NCBI GenBank assembly: GCA_963663235.2
Contig: CAXXNO010000004.1
Location: 64,001-128,000 of the forward strand
DNA length: 64,000 bases
Direction of reading: 5' to 3'
Source of the DNA: Dehalococcoidia bacterium
GTDB lineage: Bacteria; Chloroflexota; Dehalococcoidia; Bin125
The translations under genes were made by a program, and so were the position numbers. Below the pieces are notes generated by a model. The model was not told the origin of the DNA, ran no database searches, and worked only from the letters and a program-made list of their open reading frames with translations. Positions 1-9,515 of the stretch are shown here, piece after piece. Every line of letters begins with the position of its first letter. Positions within the stretch are counted from its first letter, which is position 1.

Positions 1-289
1 GGAGGCGGCTGGTGCTCGCCGCTACGGCGCCCATCACGGGAGCGGCGTCCAGCAGGTTGTGGCGCGGGTCGTAGGCGCGGGTGCGGGACTCATTGGCCAC
101 GTGCCCGCTGGTTGAGCTGATCGGCATGCAAACATGGTCCGGGAACCACATCGAGTGCATCCCGATGCGCTCGGCCATCTGGGCGATCTTGACTGGACGC
201 ATCTCCTGGCCCGGGATGCTCTGGGCGAAGAAGTTCTCCTCGTTGCGAACCCCGATCCCGTGGGTCAGCGCGTACATGCCGATTTCCAT
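1..289 (-). CDS. LLM-class (luciferase-like, probably F420-dependent) oxidoreductase, N-terminal part; runs off the window start
   Basis: Not in the ORF track. Manual translation from ATG at 289: MEIGMYALTHGIGVRNEENFFAQ...AQMAERIGMHSMWFPDHVCMP...LLDAAPVMGAVAASTSRL, which carries typical LLM N-terminal motifs (WFPDH, AxxTxRL). Confidence 0.8.
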   Translation of the reverse strand, partial: MEIGMYALTHGIGVRNEENFFAQSIPGQEMRPVKIAQMAERIGMHSMWFPDHVCMPISSTSGHVANESRTRAYDPRHNLLDAAPVMGAVAASTSRL

Positions 290-413
290 GCATCTCTTCC
301 GTTCTGCTGCTCGCACGCCAGTCGCGGCGCCCGGCAGCCTACCAGCCACGCGCCGGCACCACAAGGCACATCGCCCCTCCCACCCGGCGGCCGGCGGGGT
401 GGAAGGCGGGCGC

Positions 414-896
414 CTACGACTGAGGAAACGGCTCCTTCACCCAACCCGACTCGTACGGAGTCCGGAAGATGATGTTCGACCGAACGTGCTGGATCAGCCA
501 GCGCCCATCGACCTTACGGAAGTCATCGTCATAGGTTGCGGCGAGGTAGATCGCGCGCCCTTCGACCGTCAAGGTTTCCCAGCTGTACCAGTGGCCGCTG
601 GCCTCGGCCCCGGACGCAGCGATATCCACGCTGGGGCCGATGGTGAAGTGTCGAGCGAAGCTCAGACGCTCGGCCCAGCCGGTGAACAGCTCGGCAATCG
701 CCTCGTGGCCCTCGAACCGTCCGTGGATATTGGACTCCCAGACCGCATCGTCGGTGAAGAGCGACATCAAGGCGTCCGTCGGGAAGGGGCGAGCGCCGCA
801 CAGACCGTCATCCAGCGCTTGGACGTAGTCCAGCTTCAGCCGCTCGATCGCCTGGAGGTCTTCCAACCACTGGATCTGCGCCTCAAGTGTCGTCAC
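414..896 (-). CDS. SnoaL_4/NTF2-like protein (BaiE/LinA/scytalone dehydratase-like), copy 1
   Basis: LEDxxAI..YxxALD, FTDDAVW, G+EAI, FARHF, YDDDFRKVDGRW motifs. Confidence 0.85.
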   Translation of the reverse strand: MTTLEAQIQWLEDLQAIERLKLDYVQALDDGLCGARPFPTDALMSLFTDDAVWESNIHGRFEGHEAIAELFTGWAERLSFARHFTIGPSVDIAASGAEASGHWYSWETLTVEGRAIYLAATYDDDFRKVDGRWLIQHVRSNIIFRTPYESGWVKEPFPQS

Positions 897-925
897 TGAG
901 CCCGCCTCTCCCTACCCCGGTGCGG

Positions 926-1399
926 CTACGATCCGATGGGCGGGATCGTGCGCTCTTTCACCCACCCCTTGTCGTAAGGGGTCATGAAGTGCAGCTTCTG
1001 ACCCAAGTGGGTGAGCATCCAGCGTCCCTCGACTTTGCGAAGCCTGGCGTCATGCGTGAGGCCACCCAACACCGCGCGCCCCTCGATCGTCGGCGTCTCC
1101 ATGCCGTACCACGTCGCGGTTGCCTCCGTGCCGGAGGGCGCGATGTCGATCAAGAAGCCGCACCAGTAGTGCAAAGTGAACGAGATGTGCTCGCGCAACC
1201 CGGCAATGAAATCATGAATCGCCTGACGGCCTCGGTAAACTCCCATCTCCATCAGATCCATGACCGCGTCCTTGGTCATGAGGGACACAAAGGTGTCGGC
1301 GTCGTACGGACCGTCGCAGGATTCGCCTAGGCGGAGCAGTACCCGGCGGACCGCCTCGATATCCTCCAGCCGTTGAGTGCGCTCCTCAAGCGTGGCCAT
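926..1399 (-). CDS. SnoaL_4/NTF2-like protein, copy 2
   Basis: MATLEERTQRLEDIEA..CDG..FTLHYW..KVEGRW..FMTPYDKGWVK; AGGAG RBS upstream of ATG 1399. Confidence 0.85.
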   Translation of the reverse strand: MATLEERTQRLEDIEAVRRVLLRLGESCDGPYDADTFVSLMTKDAVMDLMEMGVYRGRQAIHDFIAGLREHISFTLHYWCGFLIDIAPSGTEATATWYGMETPTIEGRAVLGGLTHDARLRKVEGRWMLTHLGQKLHFMTPYDKGWVKERTIPPIGS

Positions 1400-1459
1400 C
1401 GTCACCACTCCTTCGAATTTCAGAATCGGCCGGATGCCCCGCGGATCACTCGCGTATAG

Positions 1460-1930
1460 CTAGTCCAGTTCGGCGAAGGGTACCTTCACCCATCCCGACT
1501 CATAGGGAGCCAGGAAGTGGCTGTGGGCCTGAACGCGGTGGAACAGCCAGCGTCCGTCGACCTTCTTGTAGACGTCGTCGTAGGTCGCGGCGACGAACAT
1601 CGCGCGGCCATCGATCGTTGCGGGCTCCCAGAGGTACCAGTGGCCGGTGGCCTCGACGCCGGACGGAGCGATGTCGATCGCATCGCCGACCATGTAGTGC
1701 AGAGCGAAGGTGAACCGGCCGGAGGCGTCGGTCCAGAAACCGTGGATGGCTTGCTTGCCCTCGTACCTGCCGAGCCCAGTCCCCTCCCACACGGCGTCGT
1801 CCGTGAAGAGCACCGTGAGACCGTCTGGGTTGTAGTTGTCGTCGCACTGTTGGGCGTATTCGATCTTGAGTCGCCGAATGTCTGTGATGTCCTGCAGCCG
1901 TTGCACGCGCTGCTCCAAAGTCCCCATCAC
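1460..1930 (-). CDS. SnoaL_4/NTF2-like protein, copy 3
   Basis: YAQQCDD, FTDDAVW, FALHYM, YDDVYKKVDGRW, APYESGWVK. Confidence 0.85.
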   Translation of the reverse strand: MMGTLEQRVQRLQDITDIRRLKIEYAQQCDDNYNPDGLTVLFTDDAVWEGTGLGRYEGKQAIHGFWTDASGRFTFALHYMVGDAIDIAPSGVEATGHWYLWEPATIDGRAMFVAATYDDVYKKVDGRWLFHRVQAHSHFLAPYESGWVKVPFAELD

Positions 1931-1978
1931 TGCTCCTCCACCTCAGAGGGAGCGGTCTTCGCTCCCGGCGGAGGTCGG

Positions 1979-2443
1979 TTAAGTGACCATCCTCTGCTTG
2001 ACCCATCCCTTGTCGTACGGAGTCAGAAAGTGGATCTGCACGTTCATGCGAGAGAAGTACCAGCGCCCATCCACTTTCTCGTATTCGTCGTCGTAGGTTA
2101 TAGCGCCGAGCACGGCCTGGCCCTTGTACGTCATCGGCTCCCACAGGTACCACTTGCCCGTCGCTTTGGTGCCGGATGAGTCCACGTCGATCGTGTGGCC
2201 GATCATGTAGTGGAGCGCAAACGTGATGTCGCTGGAGATCTCGTTGAAGAGGTCACGGATCGCGGCGCGTCCCCTATGAACGCCGAATGTGTCTCCGCCG
2301 TCCCAGATCGCATCTTCGGTGAACATCGCAGCAAGTTTGTCGCCGTCGTATCCCGTGTCGCACACGCCGGCATAATCGATCTTCAGCCGGCGAATGTCCT
2401 CTATGTCCTCCAGCAGCTGCACCCGTTCCTCTTGCGATGCCAT
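1979..2443 (-). CDS. SnoaL_4/NTF2-like protein, copy 4
   Basis: Start trimmed to MASQEERVQLLED (ATG 2443); YAGVCDT, FALHYM, YDDEYEKVDGRW, TPYDKGWVK. Confidence 0.85.
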   Translation of the reverse strand: MASQEERVQLLEDIEDIRRLKIDYAGVCDTGYDGDKLAAMFTEDAIWDGGDTFGVHRGRAAIRDLFNEISSDITFALHYMIGHTIDVDSSGTKATGKWYLWEPMTYKGQAVLGAITYDDEYEKVDGRWYFSRMNVQIHFLTPYDKGWVKQRMVT

Positions 2444-2574
2444 TCCGGAACCCCCTTCGTCGGCCGTGCGCGACCACGGCGGGCAGGCTAGCGCCTCGCC
2501 CGAGCGCCCACAAGCAGGGCCCGCTGCCCGCGACGTGCGCCCACCGTGGATACAGAGCCCGTGACGATTCCGGC

Positions 2575-2580
2575 TATAAT
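2575..2580 (+). promoter_or_regulatory. Candidate sigma70 -10 box (TATAAT) in the divergent intergenic region
   Basis: Perfect TATAAT 80 nt before the CoA-transferase ATG in GC-rich DNA; no good -35 seen. Confidence 0.45.
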
Positions 2581-2659
2581 CTGCGGAGATCGGCAGGCTG
2601 GGCGATCCAACTGGACGCGCAGCGTCGAAGCGCTCCTCGGAGAGGGCAAGGTACTCACC

Positions 2660-3901
2660 ATGGAAAACGGCGACGGCCACCGTGGTCCGCTGGACGGGAT
2701 CAGGGTCATCGAGTGCAGCACCTGGGCGTTCGGGCCGCTGGCCGGCGTCATGCTCGGCGACCTCGGCGCCGATGTGATCAAGGTGGAGAATCCGAGCCTC
2801 CCTGACGCGGCTCGATCCATCACCCTGGTGGCCGGCGTCGAGATCGCCATGCCGGACGGCGCCAGCTCACTCTTTGAGATGCTGAACCGCAACAAGCGCT
2901 CCATCTCTATCGATCTGAAGACGGAAGGCGGTCGGGATCTCCTGCGTGCACTGGTCGGAGACGCGGACATCTTTCTTGAGAACTTCCGGCCCGGCGTCTT
3001 CGACCGGCTCGGCATCGGCTACGAGAGCCTCCGCAAGATCAATCCCCGGCTGATCTACGCCTCCACCTCCGGCTACGGGTTCCAGGGCGCGGAGACACAA
3101 CGGCCCGCGCTCGATCCCGTAGGCCAAGCCCGCTCGGGCTTGATGTACGCCACCGGCCGCCCGGGGGAGCCGCCCAACTGGAATACGCTGGGTTTCGCCG
3201 ACGTCATGGGCGCCAACATGCTGGCCTACGGGATCGTGAGCGCGGTGGCGGCGCGCGATCTGCACGGCGTGGGACAAAAGGTGGAGGGCTCCCACGTGAT
3301 GGCCTCCATGTGGCTGGAGTACGCCGCGATCGGCTCATCGCTGTTCACCGGAGATGGCGAGTGGGAGCGCTTCGACCGCACGACGGCCGTGAACCCGCTG
3401 GCCAACCACTACGAGTGCGCGGACGCCGAGTGGATCATGCTCGCGATGCCGGACTCGACGCGGCCTTGGCAGCCATTCTGCGAGGCCGTCGATCTCACCG
3501 ACCTCGTCGAGGACCCGCGCTTCGCCACCGAGGACCGGCGGAAAGAGAATCGGGAGGCGCTCATCGCCTTGCTGGACGCCCGCTTCGCCGAAGCGACCAG
3601 TTCCGAGTGGGAGCAACGCCTCGGCGCGCGCCCGGAGCTCACCTTCGAGCGGGTGCGCCGGGTCACCGATCTGTCCGATGACCCCGGTGTGAAGGCCAAC
3701 GACTACATGATCGACGTGCCGCATCCGCGCTATGAGAGCCTCCCGATGTTGAGCCACCCGGTGGCGTTCGACCAGACGCCCACCAGCATGCGACGGCCGG
3801 CGCCCGAGTTGGGCCAGCACACCTGGGAGATCCTCACGGAGGTGTTGGGCTACGACGGCGAGAAGATTGCTGGCCTCGCCGCGGAAGGCGTCGTAGGGTA
3901 A
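2660..3901 (+). CDS. Family III CoA-transferase (CaiB/BaiF)
   Basis: GPLDGIRVIE, LGDLGADVIKVE, NRNKRSI, ENFRPG, catalytic Asp in FADVMG, RRPAPELGQHT. Confidence 0.93.
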   Translation: MENGDGHRGPLDGIRVIECSTWAFGPLAGVMLGDLGADVIKVENPSLPDAARSITLVAGVEIAMPDGASSLFEMLNRNKRSISIDLKTEGGRDLLRALVGDADIFLENFRPGVFDRLGIGYESLRKINPRLIYASTSGYGFQGAETQRPALDPVGQARSGLMYATGRPGEPPNWNTLGFADVMGANMLAYGIVSAVAARDLHGVGQKVEGSHVMASMWLEYAAIGSSLFTGDGEWERFDRTTAVNPLANHYECADAEWIMLAMPDSTRPWQPFCEAVDLTDLVEDPRFATEDRRKENREALIALLDARFAEATSSEWEQRLGARPELTFERVRRVTDLSDDPGVKANDYMIDVPHPRYESLPMLSHPVAFDQTPTSMRRPAPELGQHTWEILTEVLGYDGEKIAGLAAEGVVG

Positions 3902-3927
3902 GCGCCTCGCGCGGAGAAGGATCAACC

Positions 3928-5151
3928 ATGGTCACCGGATCCCTCACCGGTCTGACGGTCATCGAGGCGTCGAGCCAGATCCTCGGCCCCCTGGCGGCGG
4001 TGATGCTCGGCGACCAGGGCGCCGACGTCATCAAGGTCGAAGGCCTGGACGGGGATCCAGCGCGCTCACTCACCGACTACGCCGGCTACGACATCGCACT
4101 GCCGGACGGCGGCAACTCGATCTTCGAGGTCATGAACCGCAACAAGCGCTCGATCGCGATCGACCTCGGGCAGGAGCGCGGTCGATCCCTGCTCCGCGAT
4201 CTCCTCGCCACTGCCGACGGGTTTATCGAATGCTTTGGGCCCGGCGTGCTTGATCGGCAGGGGCTCGGCTACAAGGATCTCGCCGCGTTGAACCCAAGGC
4301 TCGTCTACGCCGCCGGCAGCGCCAACGGAATGCGCGGGCCCGACGCCGGTCGCCCGGCGCTGGACGCGCTGACGCAGGCCCGTGCTGGCTTGATGTGGAA
4401 CAGCGGTGTTCCCGGCGACCCACCCAACTGGTACAACCTCGGTCTGGCGGACGTGATGGGGGCCAGCATGCTGGCCTATGGCGTGGTCGCGGCGGTCGTA
4501 GCGCGCGCACGCACGGGTGTCGGACAGCGGGTCGATGTTTCGAATCTGATGTCTCTGATGTGGCTTGAGTACTGGGCCATTCAGACGTGCGGGATTCTGG
4601 GGCTGGGCGAATGGCCGCGGTTCGATCGCGAGAACACGCGGAACCCGCTCTTCAGCCACTACCGCTGCGCCGACGGGGAGTGGATCATCCTCGGAATCAT
4701 CGATCACATACGGGACTGGGAGCCATTCTGCCAACTGATGGGGCTGGACCACCTCATGGAGGACCCCCGCTTCGGTAGTCCGGAGGCCCGGATCAAGAAC
4801 GCCAAAGAGCTCGTCGGGGAACTGGACAAACGCTTCGCGGAAGAGCCACGCGCCGAGTGGGAGCGGCGCCTCAAGTCCCACACCGCCATGGTCTTCGACC
4901 GCGTCCAACGAATCAAAGACCTCCCCAACGACCCCGCCGTGCAGGCCAACAATTACCTCGTCGACGTAAAGCATCCACGGTACGGGACCGTGACGATGCT
5001 GAGTCACCCTGTAACTCTCAAGGAGACGCCGGCAAGCATCCGCCGTCCGGCGCCCGGCCTGGGCGAGCACACGTCGGAGATCCTGGCCGAGCGCCTCCAC
5101 TACAGCGATGAGGACGTCCAGCGGCTTCGGGCGGAGGGCGTCGTTGCCTGA
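3928..5151 (+). CDS. Family III CoA-transferase (CaiB/BaiF)
   Basis: GDQGADVIKVE, NRNKRSI, LADVMG, RRPAPGLGEHT. Confidence 0.93.
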   Translation: MVTGSLTGLTVIEASSQILGPLAAVMLGDQGADVIKVEGLDGDPARSLTDYAGYDIALPDGGNSIFEVMNRNKRSIAIDLGQERGRSLLRDLLATADGFIECFGPGVLDRQGLGYKDLAALNPRLVYAAGSANGMRGPDAGRPALDALTQARAGLMWNSGVPGDPPNWYNLGLADVMGASMLAYGVVAAVVARARTGVGQRVDVSNLMSLMWLEYWAIQTCGILGLGEWPRFDRENTRNPLFSHYRCADGEWIILGIIDHIRDWEPFCQLMGLDHLMEDPRFGSPEARIKNAKELVGELDKRFAEEPRAEWERRLKSHTAMVFDRVQRIKDLPNDPAVQANNYLVDVKHPRYGTVTMLSHPVTLKETPASIRRPAPGLGEHTSEILAERLHYSDEDVQRLRAEGVVA

Positions 5152-5196
5152 CGCCTCGGCCGCAGACATCGCAGCAGTGCAGCAAAGGAGCCGGCG

Positions 5197-5443
5197 ATGA
5201 CGCGCTCTCCAAGATCAATCCCCAGCTGATCTGTGCGTCCACGGCGGGCTTATGGTTTCGAGGGCGAAGAGGCCCACAAGCCGGCGCTGAGCATCGTCGG
5301 GCACGCGCGCTCCGGCCTCATGTGGACCTCGGGCGCGACCGGCGATCCGCCCATGTGGTACTCGCAGGGCAGTGCTGAAAGAGCGGCTGGGCTATAGCGA
5401 CTAGCAGACTGCGGCGCTGATCAATACCGGCGCCGCCTGCTAA
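5197..5443 (+). pseudogene. Collapsed remnant of a family III CoA-transferase gene
   Basis: AAGGAG RBS + ATG, then DALSKINPQLICASTAG / frameshift / YGFEGEEAHKPALSIVGHARSGLMWTSGATGDPPMWY, then VLKERLGYSD*QTAALINTGAAC*; these match the middle and C-terminus of the neighbouring paralogs. Confidence 0.8.
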
Positions 5444-5533
5444 GCCGGGCCCTCCGGCCCCTGTACCGCCGCGGGGAGCCGTCGTTGGCTTCGGTCTCCT
5501 CCCGCGCTGCCTGCGCACCACCGGACGAGCGCG

Positions 5534-6025
5534 CTAGTCGAGGCCCAGGGCAGCGCGAACCGATTCGCTGTGGCTCTCGAAATGGCGCGTTACGGCCGGA
5601 AAGAACGCCTCGATCGTGCGATCGGCCCCGTAACGCCTCACGCTGCGACGCCACTCGGCTTCGTCGAGGTCGTCGAGCAACTGGAGCAACTTGGCATGCC
5701 CCGCGTCGTAGGTGGCGGCGATCGATTCGGGTGTCGCCCGACGCCCGTGCCAGCGCGTCCGCAGGCTGTTCTTCGCGTTGAAGTACCACATCGGCGGGTT
5801 GTAGCCCTTCCCGCGGCGGGCCTGTTGGAGCCCCGCCGCGATGGCGCCCGGGCCCCAAGCCATGTGCCACATCTGGTCGCGGACGCGCCAGCCGGAGCCG
5901 GCGCTCGGTCGCGTCCAGTCGGCGTCAGATAGGCGATCCAATAGCTCGTGGAAACGCTGCTGGGTGGCTTCCAGATCCGCGCGGATCGCGTCACGGTCGG
6001 GTACTAGCATCGCGGTGTCGCTCAC
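5534..6025 (-). CDS. DinB/maleylpyruvate-isomerase N-terminal (MDMPI_N)-like four-helix protein
   Basis: LSDADWTRPS..GWRVRDQMWH and C-terminal RHFESH histidine motif. Confidence 0.75.
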   Translation of the reverse strand: MSDTAMLVPDRDAIRADLEATQQRFHELLDRLSDADWTRPSAGSGWRVRDQMWHMAWGPGAIAAGLQQARRGKGYNPPMWYFNAKNSLRTRWHGRRATPESIAATYDAGHAKLLQLLDDLDEAEWRRSVRRYGADRTIEAFFPAVTRHFESHSESVRAALGLD

Positions 6026-6045
6026 TGCCGACCTCCGTGCAGGAG

Positions 6046-7269
6046 CTAGCCCAACGCACCCGCGCTCACGAGCTCCGCGATCTGCTCCGGGCTGTAGTTC
6101 AGCTCCTCGGTGAGTACCCCGAAATTGTGCTCACCCAAGTCGGGCGCGGCCGTGCGCGGTTTGACGCGGGATTCGCTGAACCGGACCGGATAGTTCTGGA
6201 CTTTCGTAGGGCCGTACACGGGATGGTCGATCTCCCCGATATATTCGTTCGCGATGACCTGCGGATCGTGCTGGAGATCCGCGAGCCGCTGCACACGCGT
6301 AAACTCCATCGCCCGGTCGGAGGACAGGATTTGCTCCCACTCATCGCGGGGCTTGGTGCTTAAATGCTCCTCGAGGATGGCCACCAGATCAGCGGCGTGC
6401 TCCTTGCGATCTTCAACGGTCTTGAAGCGGTCGTCCTCCAGCAAGTGCTCCAACCTCACCAAGCGACAGAAGATCGGCCACTTCTCGTCGCGGATGGTGG
6501 CCAGCACGATCCATTCGCCGTCGGCGCACTGGTAGTGGTTGAACAGTGGCTGATTGGCTCGCTTGCGATCTTGTCGCGGCCACGGCCCGCCCACGAGCAG
6601 TTGATTGCTGATCGCCCAGTACTGGATCCACATCGCCGCGCCCAGGTTGGACATCTCCACCTTCTGCCCGACGCCGGTCCGCTCCCGCGCGTACAGCGCC
6701 GATACGACGGCATGCGACAGCAAAGTCCCGCCGGTCATGTCCGGGAAGCCCGCCAGGTGATAGAAGGGCGGATCGGTGTCGCTTCCGGCGCCGAACATGA
6801 GGCCGGAGCGGGCCTGGCCCGTATAGTCGTTACCGGACCGCTGTCCCTGCGGCCCGCGTTCGCCGTAGGCGCTGGCCGTAGCGTAGATCAGCTTGGGATT
6901 GCGCTCCCGCAGCGTCTCGTAATCGAGTCCCAGCTTCTTCACCACCGGCGGACGGATATTGAGGATAAACACGTCCGCCCTGTCGAGGAGTTGCAGCGCG
7001 ACCTCGTGACCCTGCGGATGTTTGAGGTTGAGCGATACGGAGCGCTTGCTCCAGTTCATGACCTCAAAGAAAGCATTCCGATCCCCGGGCATCTGGCAGT
7101 CGGTGATCCCCGCCACGTAGCGCATATTGCGCGTGGGGTCTCCCCCTCGCTGCGGATCTTCGATGCGGATGACGTCCGCGCCCAGGTCGCCCAGCATGAC
7201 TCCGCAGAGCGGGCCCGTGGCGTACATGGACCATTCAACGACCTTGATACCTTCCAGTGGAGCGTTCAC
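6046..7269 (-). CDS. Family III CoA-transferase (CaiB/BaiF)
   Basis: PLEGIKVVE, LGDLGADVIRIE, NWSKRSV, FPDMTGG, APDLGEHN. Confidence 0.93.
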   Translation of the reverse strand: MNAPLEGIKVVEWSMYATGPLCGVMLGDLGADVIRIEDPQRGGDPTRNMRYVAGITDCQMPGDRNAFFEVMNWSKRSVSLNLKHPQGHEVALQLLDRADVFILNIRPPVVKKLGLDYETLRERNPKLIYATASAYGERGPQGQRSGNDYTGQARSGLMFGAGSDTDPPFYHLAGFPDMTGGTLLSHAVVSALYARERTGVGQKVEMSNLGAAMWIQYWAISNQLLVGGPWPRQDRKRANQPLFNHYQCADGEWIVLATIRDEKWPIFCRLVRLEHLLEDDRFKTVEDRKEHAADLVAILEEHLSTKPRDEWEQILSSDRAMEFTRVQRLADLQHDPQVIANEYIGEIDHPVYGPTKVQNYPVRFSESRVKPRTAAPDLGEHNFGVLTEELNYSPEQIAELVSAGALG

Positions 7270-7302
7270 GGTGCGCTTTCTCCCGTTCCGGTCTGGCGTC
7301 AG

Positions 7303-8526
7303 CTACGCGGCCACGCCGGCGGCGATGTACGCGGAGATCTGCTCCGGCGATAGCCCGAGCTCCTCGGTCAATACCTCAAAGGTGTGAGCGCCGAACTCGG
7401 GCGCGGGACGGCGCTCGCAGCGGGGGGCCTCGCTGAACTGCATCGGGAAGTTCTGCACCTGCGTTGTGCCGTAGACCGGGTGTTCGATCTCCGTGATGTA
7501 GTCATTCGCGAGCACCTGCTCGTCGCCGGCGAGATCCTCGACCCGCTGCAGCCGCTCGAACGCCAGCGACGGATCGCGCGCGAGGATCTCCTCCCAATCG
7601 CGCCGAGGCCGGGTCTGGAAGTGCGCATCCAGGATCTCATTCAGCTCTCTGGCGTTCAGCCGGCGGCCCTCCATGTCCTGGAAGCGTTCGTCCTCCAACA
7701 GCGCGTCCAGCTCCATGAGCTTGCAGAACGCCGTCCAGTTTTCAGGGAGGAGGTTGGCCAGCACCAGCCACTCGCCATCGGCGCACGGATAGTGATTCCA
7801 CAACGGGTTGCCCGGAGTGTGCCGATCGATGCGCGGGAACTTCCGCCCCGTGAGCGAGACGATCCCCAGCGCCCAGTATTGGAACCACATGCCCGCGCCC
7901 AGGTTCGACACTTCGATCTTTTGGCCCTTGCCGGTGCGCTCACGCGCCAGGAGCGCCGTGGTGATGCCGTGGGAGAGGAGGACGGCGCCGCCAATGTCGC
8001 AGGGGGCGCCGGTGTGATAGAAGGGCGGGTCTTCCTCGGTTCCCGGGCCCCACATCATGCCGGAGCGCGCTTGGCCCGTGTAGTCGTTGCCGGCGCGCCA
8101 GCCATCGGGCCCTCTCGCGCCGAACGTGTCACCGGCGGCGTAGATGATGCGGGAATTGCGCTCCCGAACCGCCTCGTAATCCATCCCAACCCCCTCGATC
8201 GCCGGTAGCCGGAAGTTTGTGAGGAAGACATCAGCCTTCTCGATCAGCTGGAACGCCAGTTCCCGTCCTTCCTCAGCTTTGAGGTTCAGGCCGACGGAGC
8301 GCTTGTTCCAGTTCGCGATCTCGAAGGACGCGTTGCGGCCGCCCGGCATCTGCGCGTCCACCGTGCCGTTGGTGAAGCGCAAGCCGCGCAGCACATCGCC
8401 GCCGGTGCGCGGTTCCTCGATCTTGATCACGTCGGCGCCGAGGTCGCTCAGCATCACGCCGGCCAGCGGACCCATGATATACATAGACCATTCCACAACT
8501 TTGACGCCGTCCAGTATGGGCTTCAC
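7303..8526 (-). CDS. Family III CoA-transferase (CaiB/BaiF)
   Basis: LDGVKVVE, DLGADVIKIE, NWNKRSV, PCDIGG, RRPAPEFGAHT. Confidence 0.93.
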   Translation of the reverse strand: MKPILDGVKVVEWSMYIMGPLAGVMLSDLGADVIKIEEPRTGGDVLRGLRFTNGTVDAQMPGGRNASFEIANWNKRSVGLNLKAEEGRELAFQLIEKADVFLTNFRLPAIEGVGMDYEAVRERNSRIIYAAGDTFGARGPDGWRAGNDYTGQARSGMMWGPGTEEDPPFYHTGAPCDIGGAVLLSHGITTALLARERTGKGQKIEVSNLGAGMWFQYWALGIVSLTGRKFPRIDRHTPGNPLWNHYPCADGEWLVLANLLPENWTAFCKLMELDALLEDERFQDMEGRRLNARELNEILDAHFQTRPRRDWEEILARDPSLAFERLQRVEDLAGDEQVLANDYITEIEHPVYGTTQVQNFPMQFSEAPRCERRPAPEFGAHTFEVLTEELGLSPEQISAYIAAGVAA

Positions 8527-8733
8527 GATCTCCCCTTCCGTCCTGGGAATACGTCCACCGGGTGCGTTCGTTCGCGTGCGGCGAGACCTCGCCCCGTCGG
8601 ATGGGGCAAACGATAGCAGGTCGGGCCGCGTCGGCGCTGCCCGCGGCTGGCCGGGACGCGGATGGTATGCTTCCAGCGTCGGCAGCCGGCTGTCCCTCTC
8701 GATGGCGGCGTACGGTGGAATGAGATCACGCGA

Positions 8734-9477
8734 ATGAGGCGCCTCGAAGGACGCGCGGCCCTCGTCACAGGCGGGTCGCGCGGTCTGGGAGCGGCGATCG
8801 CGCGGCGCTTCGGTCGCGAGGGCTGCGCCGTTGCGATCGGCTGCCGCACAGAGACAGACGCGGCGCGGGCCGTCATCGCCGACGTGGAGGCCACGAGCGG
8901 CAAGGCGGTGCTGGCCCTCGGTGACCTGCGCGATGAAGCGACGGCCGAGGCGGTGGTGCGCCAGTCAGCCGAAACCTTGGGTGGCCTCGACATTCTCGTC
9001 AACAACGCCGGAATCTGGCGGGGTGGCCGCCTGAGGGACGCTCAGCTCAGCGACTGGCGAGACATCTGGGAGACGAACATCCTGGGCACCATGCAGGTCA
9101 CCCGCGCCGCCCTCCCCTATCTTGAGGCGTCTCAGCGGGGGCGGATCATCGTGATGAGCTCGATCATCGGGATCGGCGGCTTCCCCGGCGATACCGCCTA
9201 CGCCAGCACCAAGGCTGGTCTGGTGGGCTTCACCCGCGCCCTGGCAAAAGAGCTGGCGAAGAAAGCGATCACGGTGAACGCCGTCGCACCGGGCTACATC
9301 GACGTCGGAGTCACCGCCGAGGTGCCGCAGAAAGGCCGCGATATGATGCTGGAGCGGATCCCCATGGGCCGCCCCGGCACAGCGGATGAGGTCGCCGCCC
9401 TAGTGGCGTTCCTGGCCGCCGAGGGCGACTACGTCACGGGCCAGGTTCTGGCCATTGCCGGTGGCATGGAGCTGTAG
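8734..9477 (+). CDS. Classical SDR, FabG-like 3-oxoacyl reductase
   Basis: TGGSRGLG, NNAG, YASTK, NAVAPG; start trimmed to MRRLEG. Confidence 0.9.
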   Translation: MRRLEGRAALVTGGSRGLGAAIARRFGREGCAVAIGCRTETDAARAVIADVEATSGKAVLALGDLRDEATAEAVVRQSAETLGGLDILVNNAGIWRGGRLRDAQLSDWRDIWETNILGTMQVTRAALPYLEASQRGRIIVMSSIIGIGGFPGDTAYASTKAGLVGFTRALAKELAKKAITVNAVAPGYIDVGVTAEVPQKGRDMMLERIPMGRPGTADEVAALVAFLAAEGDYVTGQVLAIAGGMEL

Positions 9478-9515
9478 CGCTACGCTAGGATTGGCATCGG
9501 GAAAAGAGGGCAAAC

